Below the pieces are notes generated by a model, which ran no database searches, was not told the DNA's origin, and worked only from the letters and a program-made list of their open reading frames with translations. Both the position numbers and the translations under genes were made by a program. From Fistulifera solaris (taxonomy: Eukaryota), in the NCBI GenBank assembly GCA_030295235.1, contig AP026169.1, positions 1 through 64,000 on the forward strand: a DNA stretch of 64,000 bases. The letters are read 5' to 3'. Below, in pieces: positions 46,338 through 58,584 of this stretch. Position 1 is the first letter of the stretch; every line of letters starts with the position of its first letter.

Positions 46338-47399
46338 CTACATTTTTTTTCGTTGGAAGGGCCAAGGATCTCATTCACGTCCGTGTGTCCGTGCTAACGT
46401 AACGTCTCTATCCTCTATCTACGAAGTGTACTAAGTAAGCCACTTGCATTGCGCTGAGCGTTAAACTATTTAACTCGACCAAGATATAATTGCTCCGGTG
46501 TGTACTACGTAGTAAGAGGGGCGCGATAGAGAACAACTGATGATTCTTCTACCGGCACTCAAAATTGCTATGATTACGTTTTCGAACAGCGAATACAACA
46601 TAGAACACGGCATTCAACCATTACATTCAACATCAAACCTCAATTCGCAATTCGCGGTTCCGAGGCTCGCATGTCTGTAATTCCGTTTTCGTTCTTCACA
46701 AGCGAAACATTTCTCACCTGAAGAGCAGTATCAAACAAAGTGTGATGTGTGATGATGACTTTCTAAGTAAGGATTGACGTCCATTAAGTAATTGACCAAC
46801 GGATCGCATTCCGTTTTATAGTAGTTTGGACTCCTATTATTCTTTAACGTTTAACCCTTGTGGGGTTTGGTATTCGGCCGACGTATTGCGACTTGCGACG
46901 CCGACATTATAGAAACCCGCAGTTCTCCGCACAAAGTGAGTTGTTGCAGTTAAACGTTCCACATTGACACTCACGTTTCCCTTTCAATAGCCCCAGGCCT
47001 TCGACAAACGGAGCAACGGAATGCAAAAAACATCCTCTGTCGCCGGGAAAGCATCTTGGTTCACCAACAACTACCCACTCCGGCCACGAGTTTTCAATTT
47101 TCTTTGCCTCTCGTCCTCCCGTTGAAATTGGTGTATGAGCATTGAGTGTCGAAAATGCCAGCTTGATCAAGCATTAGGCGGCTTAAACAAATGGTGTGCT
47201 AGTTGATTGTTAAAAGGAAAAGCTCAGAGTCTCCTCAGAATTACCAGTAACGCTCGTGTTAGCAGGGTATTATTTAGAAGTAAATTATTATTCTTTTTAT
47301 TCATGATAATGATGCCGTAATTTCATTGATTGTTACATTGCGAAACAAGTGAGATCCGAATAGCGGTAGCTGTGTTGTACAGAGGTTATCCTGCTATTG

Positions 47400-48090
47400 T
47401 CATGCCGCTTCTGCTGCTCGTCGTCCCATGTCCAATATGATGGAGGAATTGATGATAAGCTCTTCGATGATAGCTTTGGGGAAGCCGTGTTTGGGCTGCA
47501 AAACACCCATCATTAAAATATCCACTAAGCGTTCGGCGGCATCGTGCTCTGCAGCAATATCACAAAGCTCGTAATGACAGTTGGCCTTGTTGTTTAAGAC
47601 GAGGGCTTCGATCATGAGCGCTACCCGACTTTGAAGTGCGTCGGAATCGGCCAACAATTGCAAGGTAAACCTGTACAGATTTAAAGCTTGTTGAATCAAC
47701 TTTGAGTGACCTTTGATTCCTCGTTTGTGAAAGCATAGCGCCAAATTGAAGAGAACGATTGAGCTGTAAAAGGAAAGCTCCCTTTCGCCGAATGATTCTC
47801 GTTCTTGAAGAAGGAAAGGAACGCTGTACATGAAAGTCGATCCGTCCCAATTTCCGAAACTCAACTTTTCTGGAAAGGCGACAGCCTCAAGCAAAGTAAA
47901 CCCAAGAGACGAATCTTCGTCGAACTTGCTTCGGTTGTGGCTCGCGACGGATAATTGAGCCGCTAATTGCTTCAAGACAACAAGTGATTCTTGGAAATAC
48001 TTGGCCGCCGTTTGGCAATCACCATTGATAAAAATTTGAACACCGGCGTTGTTCAATGTTAGATACGATGAGTCCATTGGAAATACCATG
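47400..48090 (-). CDS. Hypothetical TPR-like helical protein
   Basis: LNNAGV...AAKYFQESL, SSIVLFNLALCFH...ALNLY and LVLNNKANCH helical-repeat motifs. Confidence 0.7.
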
Positions 48091-49229
48091 TTTTGTTGAT
48101 TGCAATTGTGATGAAGACGCGACTGTGTTTTTTTTTGAATGTTTTTTTTCTGTTCGAATGTCTTGTCTGTTTGGCTTTTGACAACTTGGGGCTGGCTGGG
48201 GGCGAATGGAATTGCCCACTTCACCACTTCATGCTTCATGAAATAGAACAGCGGGGGAGAGGCGAGCGGCGAGCTTTCCTCTATTTTCGTTTCCGTAGAT
48301 CTTCGTCCATAGCCCGTTGACCAAACCGGAATGACAGAAGCCGGGTGTCTGCACCTTCTACTGTACGGACTAGACTGTACATCTGCTTAAGGAAGTACAA
48401 CGAATGTCGGAATAATTTCGGGGAGTAAAGTACAAAGCGTTCTTCACAGTTCGCTAGATGCATAAAGGTTTAATAAAGGTAATACGAAAAAATATGGGTC
48501 TTAAGACATTCTGCTCGATTGGTCATAATATAGTGATTATAGTAGATGGACTCTTTTCGTTCTGCCAACTTAGTGGACGTGGCGCGCATTACCTTGAAGT
48601 TGAAGGAAAGATCCTTTTCGCTTGCATAAGGGAACAACTACGGTGCTTGCAGTTCCAACTTACAACAATTGACCAACTTGAAGTCCACCCCGCACAACAA
48701 ACACATAGACACATAGTACCAGTACCCGGTACCAGTACTTGTAAACTTACTTCTACAATCGAAATTCGAAATTCATTCGGGTTGACATTGTTTATTGATT
48801 GATTAGGGTTTGGGAGCATGAAGGGCACGAGTGTTCTAGGTGACTTACCGGTACTGGATTCGCTCTCGTGAAATGAGTCAACCAGCGTGTGCCGCACGTC
48901 GGTTGGTTGTTGGTTCTCGTTTCTCGTTGTTTCGAAAACCTCCAAAACGCCAAACGCCACGGCAGAAAAAAAAAGTGTTCGTTTCACCCGATGCATTTTC
49001 ATCCTTATCCAACTCGTAAGAACACTATTTTATGACAAGAAAGACCTTTCAGATCACAACGTTTCCCTTCACGTAAACAGTTCACAAGCAACTGAGACAT
49101 TAAGTGAGCTAGCGAGCGCAATCGCAAAGCCTGTTAGCAAAAGACTTTCTTTTTCTCCATAATTCGATCCTTCTTTCTCAAACGAAAACACAGCAAAGAC
49201 TCTTCCATACACTCTCCTAAAGAACGAAC

Positions 49230-50711
49230 ATGCCTCGAAGGAACCGCGCTTTCACAATTCGCACTACATCCTTTTTAATACTCTTATCAGTCACACAATG
49301 CTACCAAATACCCAAACCCTTGGCGGCTTCCCTTACAACCGACGTTTCTCGAAGGACCCCCACGACGTTTGCAACAACCCGCCCCCATCATCCCCGCACG
49401 CGCTCAACAAGACATTCAAATAACAATGGAAAACATGAGAGCCATGACGCGGGTTGAAATGGTTGCCATGACATCAACCGGTGCGGTCTTGTTGTTGGGA
49501 ATTATTGCGCTTCTGGCGAGTTCGATGGAAACACCTTCTGTCGAACAAGCGCCCATGGCCGCATTCGAAGAAGTAGTAGCGAATGTGGTGGATGCCGCTG
49601 TGCCCTTGACCGCCACGGATGTCGTGTCGGTGTCCATGGGAGAAGGTTTGGCAGGTCTGTTGAGTGCGGGCTTTACGTATTTGTTGAGTCAACTGCGGAC
49701 CGTGGCAATGCAACAATTGTTAACGCAGAATCGAAAACGTTCTTCCCCAACAACAGTCACTACGCCTCCCTCCCAAGTGACACCCACATTTTCGGATGCC
49801 GTGGCGGATGGGGACTTTTTATTGACACGAGCCGCCGCGACGCCCTTTTTGGCGGCAGCGGGTGTGTCTCCGGTGTTAGCGGCCACTTTGAGTGCGGCTT
49901 TTGCCATTGTACCGTCGGAATCCATTCGGTTGAAAGCACGAGCTCGACAACGCCGACTGGAAGAAGATCAATTGTTGCAGGAAATGCTACAACAACAATT
50001 GGAAGAACAAAAACAGAATGCCTCCATCCTTCAAAAAGTTCAAAATGTCATTCAAATTCGAGACCCATCACAGCAACAACAAATCGTCGATCCCGACAGT
50101 CTGAAACCCATTGTTTCGGAAAAATCAGCCAAAGGCTTGAATTTTGTCGAAATCTTTTGTGATATAACACGATGGCTGGAGTATTCGGTTCTCATGAATG
50201 ATTACAAGGGCATGTTTCCGTTTCTTGACCCCGCCATGGAAAGTGCCGTCTTTGGGGCACTCGCCAGTCTTTCCGCACTCCTTTATGCCGATGTCTTTAA
50301 TGCATACTTTGGTTTAGGAGGATCCGAAGTCCGACGAGCACTGGAACAACGGACGGTGGAGGATTGGTCTTCGGCCTATTTGACGCGTATGTTTTACGGA
50401 GCCGTCCTGTTTGGGGTGTACGAAGGAGCGCAAGGTCCGGTTACAGAATTGGTCGAATCCTTCTTATCGGGTGGTGTCGACGGTTGCGTAGGATCCGACT
50501 ATTGTACGTAGAGTCTCGTATCGTGCGGCGGTGTATTGATCTGTGTGGATGCTGACATATTCTTTCTTGTTTCTTAGATCAACAATGTGTGGATACGTAT
50601 GTCACCGAAAATCCAACCGGTTCATCGTTTGAAACTCAGGTGCAAGATGTATTGGTCAACATGGCCAGCTTTGTGGACCGTTTCATGAAACAATTTAGCA
50701 AGGGTTCATGA
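49230..50711 (+). CDS. Hypothetical membrane protein with N-terminal signal sequence
   Basis: Signal-like start (SFLILLSVTQC-YQIP), frameshift near 49370-49390 into a 380-aa ORF with several TM segments, putative GT..AG intron ~50504-50578, and a final exon ending at TGA 50711. Confidence 0.6.
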
Positions 50712-50952
50712 GTTTCTGCGTTCTTGTGGGAATTGCTTTTGGTGCACTTCACTAGTTTATTTTTGTACATAGCTCTCTTCGATTGATATACGTTGAATGA
50801 TGATGTGGAGTGTTAATAGTTCTTTTGAATAGATCAATACTACATTTCGTTTTCATTATTGCCTAGTTACACAATAACATCGACACTCATGGTGAATACA
50901 GAAAATAATAATATGAAACAAGGGAGCTATGTTAAAGTGCTACAACGGCCAC

Positions 50953-52557
50953 TCAGTCTTGCTGCGGCCTCTGCAAAATTGTGACAACCTTTTGCATTCC
51001 GTTTCGAAGTTTAAGATGCGTTCGGACTCCGACATCCAAGGCGGTCTGCACAACTTGCTTCGCGCCCCAACTCTTAAGACGCACGCTTACGAGCTTCTTC
51101 GGAAGCACGTAGCAGCGATCCTATGCACTTGGCGGACAGTGTGGCATTGTGCGGTTTGGCTTCGGCCTTGCCAAGTTCCGCCACCAGCGTCTTGAGAATA
51201 TCGCTGCGAATGTTCGCCCGCTTGATTCAAAAAACTCCTCCAGCGACTTCGTTGGAGGATGTTGTTCGTAGACGAGCGCGCGGCTTGGTGTCTTCTGGTT
51301 CGTTATCGTCCATGTCATTGAATCGATCCGACTGCTCTATCACGTCGAGCGAGTTGGCCAAGACCGCGAGAGCCAGATTGTGTAGCACTTTATGATGTTC
51401 TTCATCAATCGATTCTTCTACTTCATCCGCGGCTTCTTCCATGTCCACGATCCGATTGAACTGAACCAAGTTCAAAATGTGCTCTCGAATTTCCTGAAAC
51501 GGACTTTCATCTAACATGACATCGGATGGAGTTTCACCCAACTCTTCGATCGAAATTCCTTGAATGCTCCCCAACAACACCACATGGGCTGCGAGTACTG
51601 CCGTGACGTGTCCTGTTTTACGAGGATCGGTTAATAGACACAGACTCTCCAGTCCCAGTAAAGTGGCGTCCAAACGATCCTTCTTGAGCAAACTGTGCGC
51701 AATTTCAATGGCAATAATCGCATTCTCCTGCTCCTTGAGATCGCGGTTGTTCATTTCAACCGAAAGCATGCGCTCGACTTTCCTGTATTTGGCCGCGGAA
51801 AAGTCGTCGAGAGGCGTGTAATCACTATCCATGACGGCCGCATCCAGAATACTCCGTGAGTACCGATGAAACGCAATCGAATCGCCCTTGCGCCGTTGCA
51901 ATTCGACCATGATCCCCTGCGGATGATACTCGACCGGCGTTTGCCACAAACACAGATGCAGTTCGACATTCTCGTCCGTCAAGAGGTTGGCGGTGGCCGT
52001 TTCATCGTTGTATTGCGCATGCACCGAAAGTGTGCGCAAACAATCCGAAATTCGTTTCGCAATCTCTGTCGCGGTCGCTCCCTCAATGACGCGAGTTGAC
52101 TTTTCGAGCGGATAAAAGGCGGGAGGAGGTCGTAATTGCTGGGGATTCCAATTGCTCGTTGATGCGGGTTTGGGAGGTAATTTCGCCGGACGATAGTCGT
52201 TCATGTTAATGACTTCCGAGGGAGGTGATTTGAGTTGAGCGTGTTCTATCAAGGTTACATCATTTCGGGCTTCTCCCATGTGCACGGATCTGCAGAAAAA
52301 AAGAGAGGATGAGTGATAACAATCGGTAGAACTCTTTCGAAGAGATAATCACAAGATAGTTTAACAAAACAAGCTCGTTTCGCTCGTGTGCAGCAGGCTC
52401 GCACACAAACATCACGATCAGCATTGCCTTCGTAACTCTTTCACAGAACGTGCTTTGACTGCAGATTGTTTTTTACGTACTGGAATTGAGGACCCTTGGA
52501 GGGAAACGATCGTTGTGTATTGTCGTTGTCGTTGTCGTTGTTGTTGTTGTTGTTCAT
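50953..52557 (-). CDS. Conserved-looking hypothetical protein (alpha/beta N-domain plus helical C-terminus); 3' end disrupted by several indels
   Basis: 352-aa ORF 51227-52285, putative upstream exon from ATG ~52557 with an intron ~52290-52480, and protein-like continuation in shifted frames to ~50953. Confidence 0.6.
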
Positions 52558-53668
52558 TGTATTACAGTTTGTCGTAATGATCTGACGCAATTCTTCCGTT
52601 TATGAGCGAAACAGAAAGGAGTCTTTCGTGTCGGTCTTAAAGAATATCACTTCTTCGGAAGCGGAATGAATTGTGTGTATCGTAAAGGGTGTCAAAGCAC
52701 TGTCAAATCGTACTTTCAGGACAGCAACACGCGTTGGTTGTTGCGCTGCAACACAGCTCCAACCGATCGTTGCGCCACGCCACGACTGAGAAGCGCACGT
52801 TGTTCCAAGTTCCATTCGTCCTCTTCGTTGGTAGGAGTATCAATCCGGTACTGGAATGCACTTTGGAGGACAGATCGTAAAACAACATTGGCGTAATGTG
52901 GTCTTGAAACGAGCGCCATTCGGGTTCGATCATTGCCAAATATACAGCCATGAAGAATGCATTTCCGAGTCGTACTTGATGTCACATACGGAGCAGGCTC
53001 GCGGGTCTCGTTCGTTCGAAAACGAATGATGGGATGGCTCCATCGGTATAGCTCTAAAGAGTGGACGCACGTCGGCACGAGAACCGGATGAAAAGTCGTA
53101 TGATGGATTCTAAGTTCCGTATTTTTCATAAAAGTGAATGACTTTGCGGAGCCGAAAAGTCGCTGAAAATGACCCGCCGTGTCAGTGGAACAGTACTCTG
53201 GCATAGATTGTGGAAGCAAGAATATTGCACCGAGCGGTGGCGAGGACGGAGCCGTATCCACAAGCGTTTTTATGAGGGTATGTATGCCTTTGGCTATTCG
53301 ATTGTATTTATTACGAAATAGTCGACAGTTTCAAATCAATCTTCTCTTTCTTAGAAATATTCCATCTCTTGAAAGGAGAACATTAACGCTGGCTTTGTGG
53401 GAAGATTCTCTACGGAAGACATCACGCCATTTGTCGACTACAAAAGTCGACAGTCATCCTCCTTATCAACATCGGTCGGTTCCAGTAGAAAGACCGCTTC
53501 GTTTGATTGCAAGAAAGCTAACAGCTGAGAGCAGCGAGCAGCGAGCAGCGAGCGGCAGACTATTTAGATTCAGTCAGCTCGTAAAGGAGTCGAATTCAGG
53601 ACTTACGGCGAACGTATTACTGCTTACAAATAATATCTCGTTCGAATCAGCGTCTTCCGTGTCCTCCG

Positions 53669-55465
53669 ATGCCCCGCAACACTCCGGCACCTCCTCCGCC
53701 GGAATCTCCGGCTGTCTATATGACACCTCTTCTATCCAAACGAAAAGATGGAGTCTTTCCCAGTCTCCTTGATCTCAGTGATCCGTCGCGAACGACCAAA
53801 CCAAACGGAGGCCTCAATAAAGCTTACCGAACGAATGCGAAACTTCTCCTCCAATTGCGAGGGAAAAACAACAATGAAGTGAATAGTGATGGAGAAGAAC
53901 TACAAGCACTCAAAGATGCGATTGATGAAACAATATTGGAAATTATGGAAGACAGTGATGATGTCGTGGATGTCAAATTTCAATCTGCCGGATGTTGTTG
54001 GACGATGTATTTCAATGATGATATGAATGACGCGCATGAGAACTTTTGTGTCGAAATCGTCTTGCTTGCCAACGAAATTGCGGGGACTCTTAATTATGTG
54101 GCAGACGTCATGTTGCAGCCCCTGGTGGAAGTCGATCCGGATCCATTGGCGCCGCCGCTCAGAGGATTTCGGGAGGCGAAAGGGGCCTTTGAGAGTATTG
54201 CACTCGCTATACGGAAGTGTATAGTAAGGCTGGAATTTCCAGAGTTTCCAGAAGGTTGCAAGGGGCGAGCCTTCCGTGAAGTCTATCAGTTGAATGCTAG
54301 GGTGAGTAGAAGTTACACATTCATAAGAGGGACGCGATGCTTCCGACACGCATCTACTTGAAATTCTGTGAAGTTGACTCACGTTTTCTTTCTGCCGCCA
54401 CTATCACAGCTCAAATCGGGTTCGTTCGCTACAGTGTGTCGAGGAACGCACCGTGCGACGGGACGCAAAGTCGCCATCAAGTGTGTACTACGCAAAGACT
54501 TGCCACCAGCGGATGATGCCGCCATCTACGATGAAGTAGCCATTCTATCGAGTCTCAATCATCCTCACATTGTTCCGCTCATCGATTTTTTTTGATGAGA
54601 AGGATTGCTACTTTATTGTTATGGAACTGATGAGTGGAGGTGATCTTTTGATCGAATCGGTAAAAAGAAATCCTACAGTGAAGCCGATGCGCGCGATCTG
54701 GTGGTGAAAATGCTCAAGTCGGTGGCCTACTGTCACCAACGCAAGATCGCACATTGCGATATGAAACCCAAAAACTTGCTACTCATGTCCGAAGAAAACG
54801 ATTCTTTCATCAAACTAGCCGATTTCGGTTTTGCAGCCCGTGTCCACGCGCCCAAGACGTTGACCAAACAATGCGGAACCCCATTTTTTGTGGCGCCCGA
54901 AATTCTAATGCGAAAACCATACGATCATCAGTCGGATATGTGGAGTGTGGGATGTATCATTTTCCTCTTATTATCAGGAAACCTCCCTTTCATGGGGAGA
55001 AGTCAGAAGGAGCTATTTCGTAAGATTGTAGCCGGAAAATTCGAATTCAGTGGCGACGACTGGGCCAATGTATCTGATGATGCGAAAGATCTGGTGAGGA
55101 GAATGCTGGTCCTTGACCCAGACGAACGTATCACATCAGCTGAAGCGATCCGACATTCCTGGCTTAAGACATCTCGTGATCGCCTTAACTTGGTCAGTTT
55201 GGAGGGAACATCGCAGAGATTGAAGACATTCAACGCGCGAATGAAGCTAAGAAGTGCAATGATTGCCATCGACTGGGTTCACAGCATTCAGCGTGTATCG
55301 TGGATTTCGAAGAGAGGCTTGAATACAGGATTGAATGGAAAGTCACCTTCACCCTCACCCAAAGTGACCAACAATCGCAAGTCCATCAAATCGGATGTCT
55401 CTAATGACATGTCGAAGCTTTCCATCAAAACGAAGGAAAAGAAAAAGCATACGCTTGAAATCTAA
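53669..55465 (+). CDS. Ser/Thr protein kinase, CAMK group
   Basis: LKSGSFATV, VAIK, HCDMKPKN, DFG, CGTPFFVAPE and DMWSVG motifs. Intron 54302-54409. +1 and -1 T-run errors at ~54590 and ~54647. Confidence 0.92.
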
Positions 55466-55772
55466 GATTAGATGTAATGCGCACATATCTGTTGCTATTG
55501 CCTCGAATGCGAAACGTTTACATCGAGTCGGTGACCTTTATCGTTGCAGAAGATCAAAAGCTGCAATAAATAAATTCCGATATAAATACTGTTGAGATCT
55601 ATGTTAGTGTGTGGTCGTTTAATGTTGCCTTTAACGAAAATTTCGCTTTGTCATTTTTAAGAGGATTGAGGGCGGCAAGAATTGAATTGCGTCCATGAGA
55701 AGGCTGTACACAGCCATAGATTGCACTGATATAGTAAAGTGTGGGACTATTAACTTAACTTGCGAGCGTAAC

Positions 55773-57362
55773 TTATTCCTTGTTCTTTTTATCCTTCTTT
55801 TTCTTCTTGTCTTTCTTGTCTTTTCTTCTTCTTGGGCGCATCTTCATTGCTACCTTTACTTCCATCGTCGACAGGACGTTTCTTGCCATCGCCGTTGTCA
55901 TCGACTTCCATGGCTTCCGCTGGTGTTTCGACGAGGGCTTCACCACCACCACTCAGAGCCGGCGGGTTGGATTTGGAGAAATCTTTGTACGATGTCAAAA
56001 AATCCGAAGGCGTTTGATCGTTCGGCTTTCCGTGCTTATCCAACTTTCCCTCCTTGATCAAGTTCTTTTTGCGTTGTGCCATGGGACCCAATCCCCATCG
56101 TCGCGGGTAGACATCCCGTTCCATAATCACACGTTTGATCTTGGCCACGACACCGTGATCACACGTCGCCATGACAGCCGTCGTCATTTGCGCAACAGCT
56201 ACAGCAATAGCTTCGCCCTTGGTGGTCATCAAAACAACTTCAGTCCCGATTTCAATGCCATCGGCAAAGCGCAAAAGACCGGGGATCATAAACTTGGCTC
56301 CGTAACAAATGGCATTCACACAACTATCCTTTACGACCAAGCGCTTGTAATTGGTCAAAAGAACTTCGAGTGGCATGACGACACGACGCAAGTACGTTTC
56401 ATCCTTGGTTTGATCGTACACATGTTGTGCATCAAGAACATCGTGCATTGTGACCATGTTGTCGGCTTCACCCAAGACTCCACTTTTAACACGACGGAGT
56501 TCTTGCATGTGACCACCGGTTCCCACCAACAGCCCCGCATGAACGCAAAGTGTTCGTACGTACGTACCCGCCTCACACTGGACCCAAAAGACACCCAAAC
56601 GGCGTTCGGCATCGAATTCCAACAATTTGGAGTCGTAAATCGTGCGGATGCGCAATTGACGCTTAACAGCCGAGATCAAGGGCGGTCGCTGAAATAGCGC
56701 ACCCCGCAACGTCGTTTCCATGGCGCGTTGCAGTACTTTGGTATCTTCCAAAGCATCGTGCAAGCGTAGCACGCCAATATACTCTTTACCGGCACTTTGT
56801 TGTGCCTTGACGAGACGCGTCGCGCGATCCAAACAGACAATGAGACAGCCGGTCACTTTCGGATCCAAAGTACCGGAATGTCCCGTCTTTTCGACGCGAA
56901 GAATGCGTTTGATCCAGCTAACGACTTCGTGCGAGCTCGGATTTGCCGGTTTATCGAGATTGATGACACCGTAAGATAGGTGTTGCGGCAATGTACGGGC
57001 CAACGGCGAAGAGCCAGTAGGTAGAGGTGTGTAATGAGCCGTGCGAATGTGTAGTTCGTGGTAGTTCTTGAGCAACAAGGGCCACTGGGAAGTGTCAAGC
57101 TTGGGTGTATGCGAAGCAGGTTGAATCATGGCTCCTACTGATGTTTCAACGATTGCACCGCCATCAGAGGCTTTTCGTTTCTTGGCTTTCGAGTCTGTTT
57201 GTCATAACGAAACATTATATGAGAAAGTAACACGACAGACTGGTGAGTGCAATGTTGTCAGAGAGAGACCTCACACCAATTTTTAGGAGGGGTAGAGGCT
57301 CTTTTATGCTCACTTGTTGAGTCGCGCCTAGCAAGCTATCGTTTCGACTTACCGGATCCCAT
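55773..57362 (-). CDS. DKC1: H/ACA snoRNP pseudouridine synthase dyskerin/Cbf5
   Basis: [35 protein letters not shown] domain and Lys-rich tail. Short first exon MGS followed by an intron at ~57195-57352. A-run frameshift near the C-terminus. Confidence 0.96.
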
Positions 57363-58584
57363 TTTGATTACAGTGTGCTGTTGTATTGCAAGTGAAAGGA
57401 AATGAAGCCAGATTTAAACAACAGAGTAGGGTGATTATAATCTTGTAGCAACGCAGGAAGCGGTGCAACAAGAGAAAAGATCAGGTTTTGCGTGCCTTCC
57501 GATCTTCATCCGATTGGATGGTGTCGAGAAACCAGCGTCAACGAACAGACCATCAGTCTGTATAGCTCCAAAGTGTAGACAGGACCATCCGAATGACTGA
57601 ATTGCATTCACGAACGATGAGAATTGGGTATTCTGCAGTGTGGGTCTTTGCGTCAGCTGGTACAAAGTATGGTGGGATGGCATGAAACGTTACCTCCAAA
57701 GAGTGTCATACAATTGTGAGCTAATCTTTGTGGAGGTCTGCAATACTTGACGCCGGAAATTCTTCAGTAATTTGCCAGGAACGACTATAGTTCAAAGTGT
57801 TTGGTTCGTATTTCGCCATGACTGGATTTTTAGTCATGAATCAAAATATTTGCTAGTACTTCGCTTTGGCGCCTAGCAAACATAGCTTATGTGCTGTCCG
57901 ATAATCAAAGGTTAATGAAAATATATATATTAGATCATATCTTTTAACTTCATTTGCAATACAAGCTGCAAATTATACGGCCAAAAAATAACCTCCCGAA
58001 CCATTCCAACCGTTACGGAAAGTCCAAAGTGTTATTCGTTTTTTCCCACGAATGCATTCCAGTCATCAATCTGCGATTTCACAAAGACGGTTTGTGTACT
58101 AAAACGGTACGCAATGTCTAAAGACAGTTTCTGTTCGCGTCGTTGGATCATTGTGCGGAACCAATGCTTACGATTTGCGCCTAATTGTGACTACCGCTTT
58201 GCGCGTCCGCCGGTATTTTCGCGCCCAGGTGAACGGAGTTCCGCCCTCTACTAAGACGAGAAAAGCCTCGCGGGCTGCGCTCCTCACTTTCGTACTTTTG
58301 TACGAACCCTCCTCGTCATTCTCTCACACAAGGCAAGACAGTTGCTTCTTTGCGTCGTGAAGTTTCGGCCCGCTGAACTCTCTCATTCATTCTCCTTGTC
58401 TTTCCCTCTTTGCATTCTCATTATTAATTCATCTAAACGAGAGCATATCATCAGAGTTAAAAAGAGTAGAGGGGATCGCGCAAGTGGAGTCTTGACAGAA
58501 AGGATTTTTCATCGTAAATAGAAGCAGCCAAGCAAGACACTGGGAAAACGAGTGCGAACGCGAATTCTTTCAACAATACACACA

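Noticed and set aside
48589..49002. 137-aa minus-strand ORF with a hydrophobic N-terminus
   Set aside because: No recognisable motif and the second half is not protein-like. It may be an exon fragment but cannot be supported.
52577..53660. Several overlapping 60-200-aa ORFs
   Set aside because: No motifs, mostly non-ATG starts, and they lie in the divergent promoter region between two genes.
55780..56697. 305-aa plus-strand ORF
   Set aside because: Antisense shadow of dyskerin.
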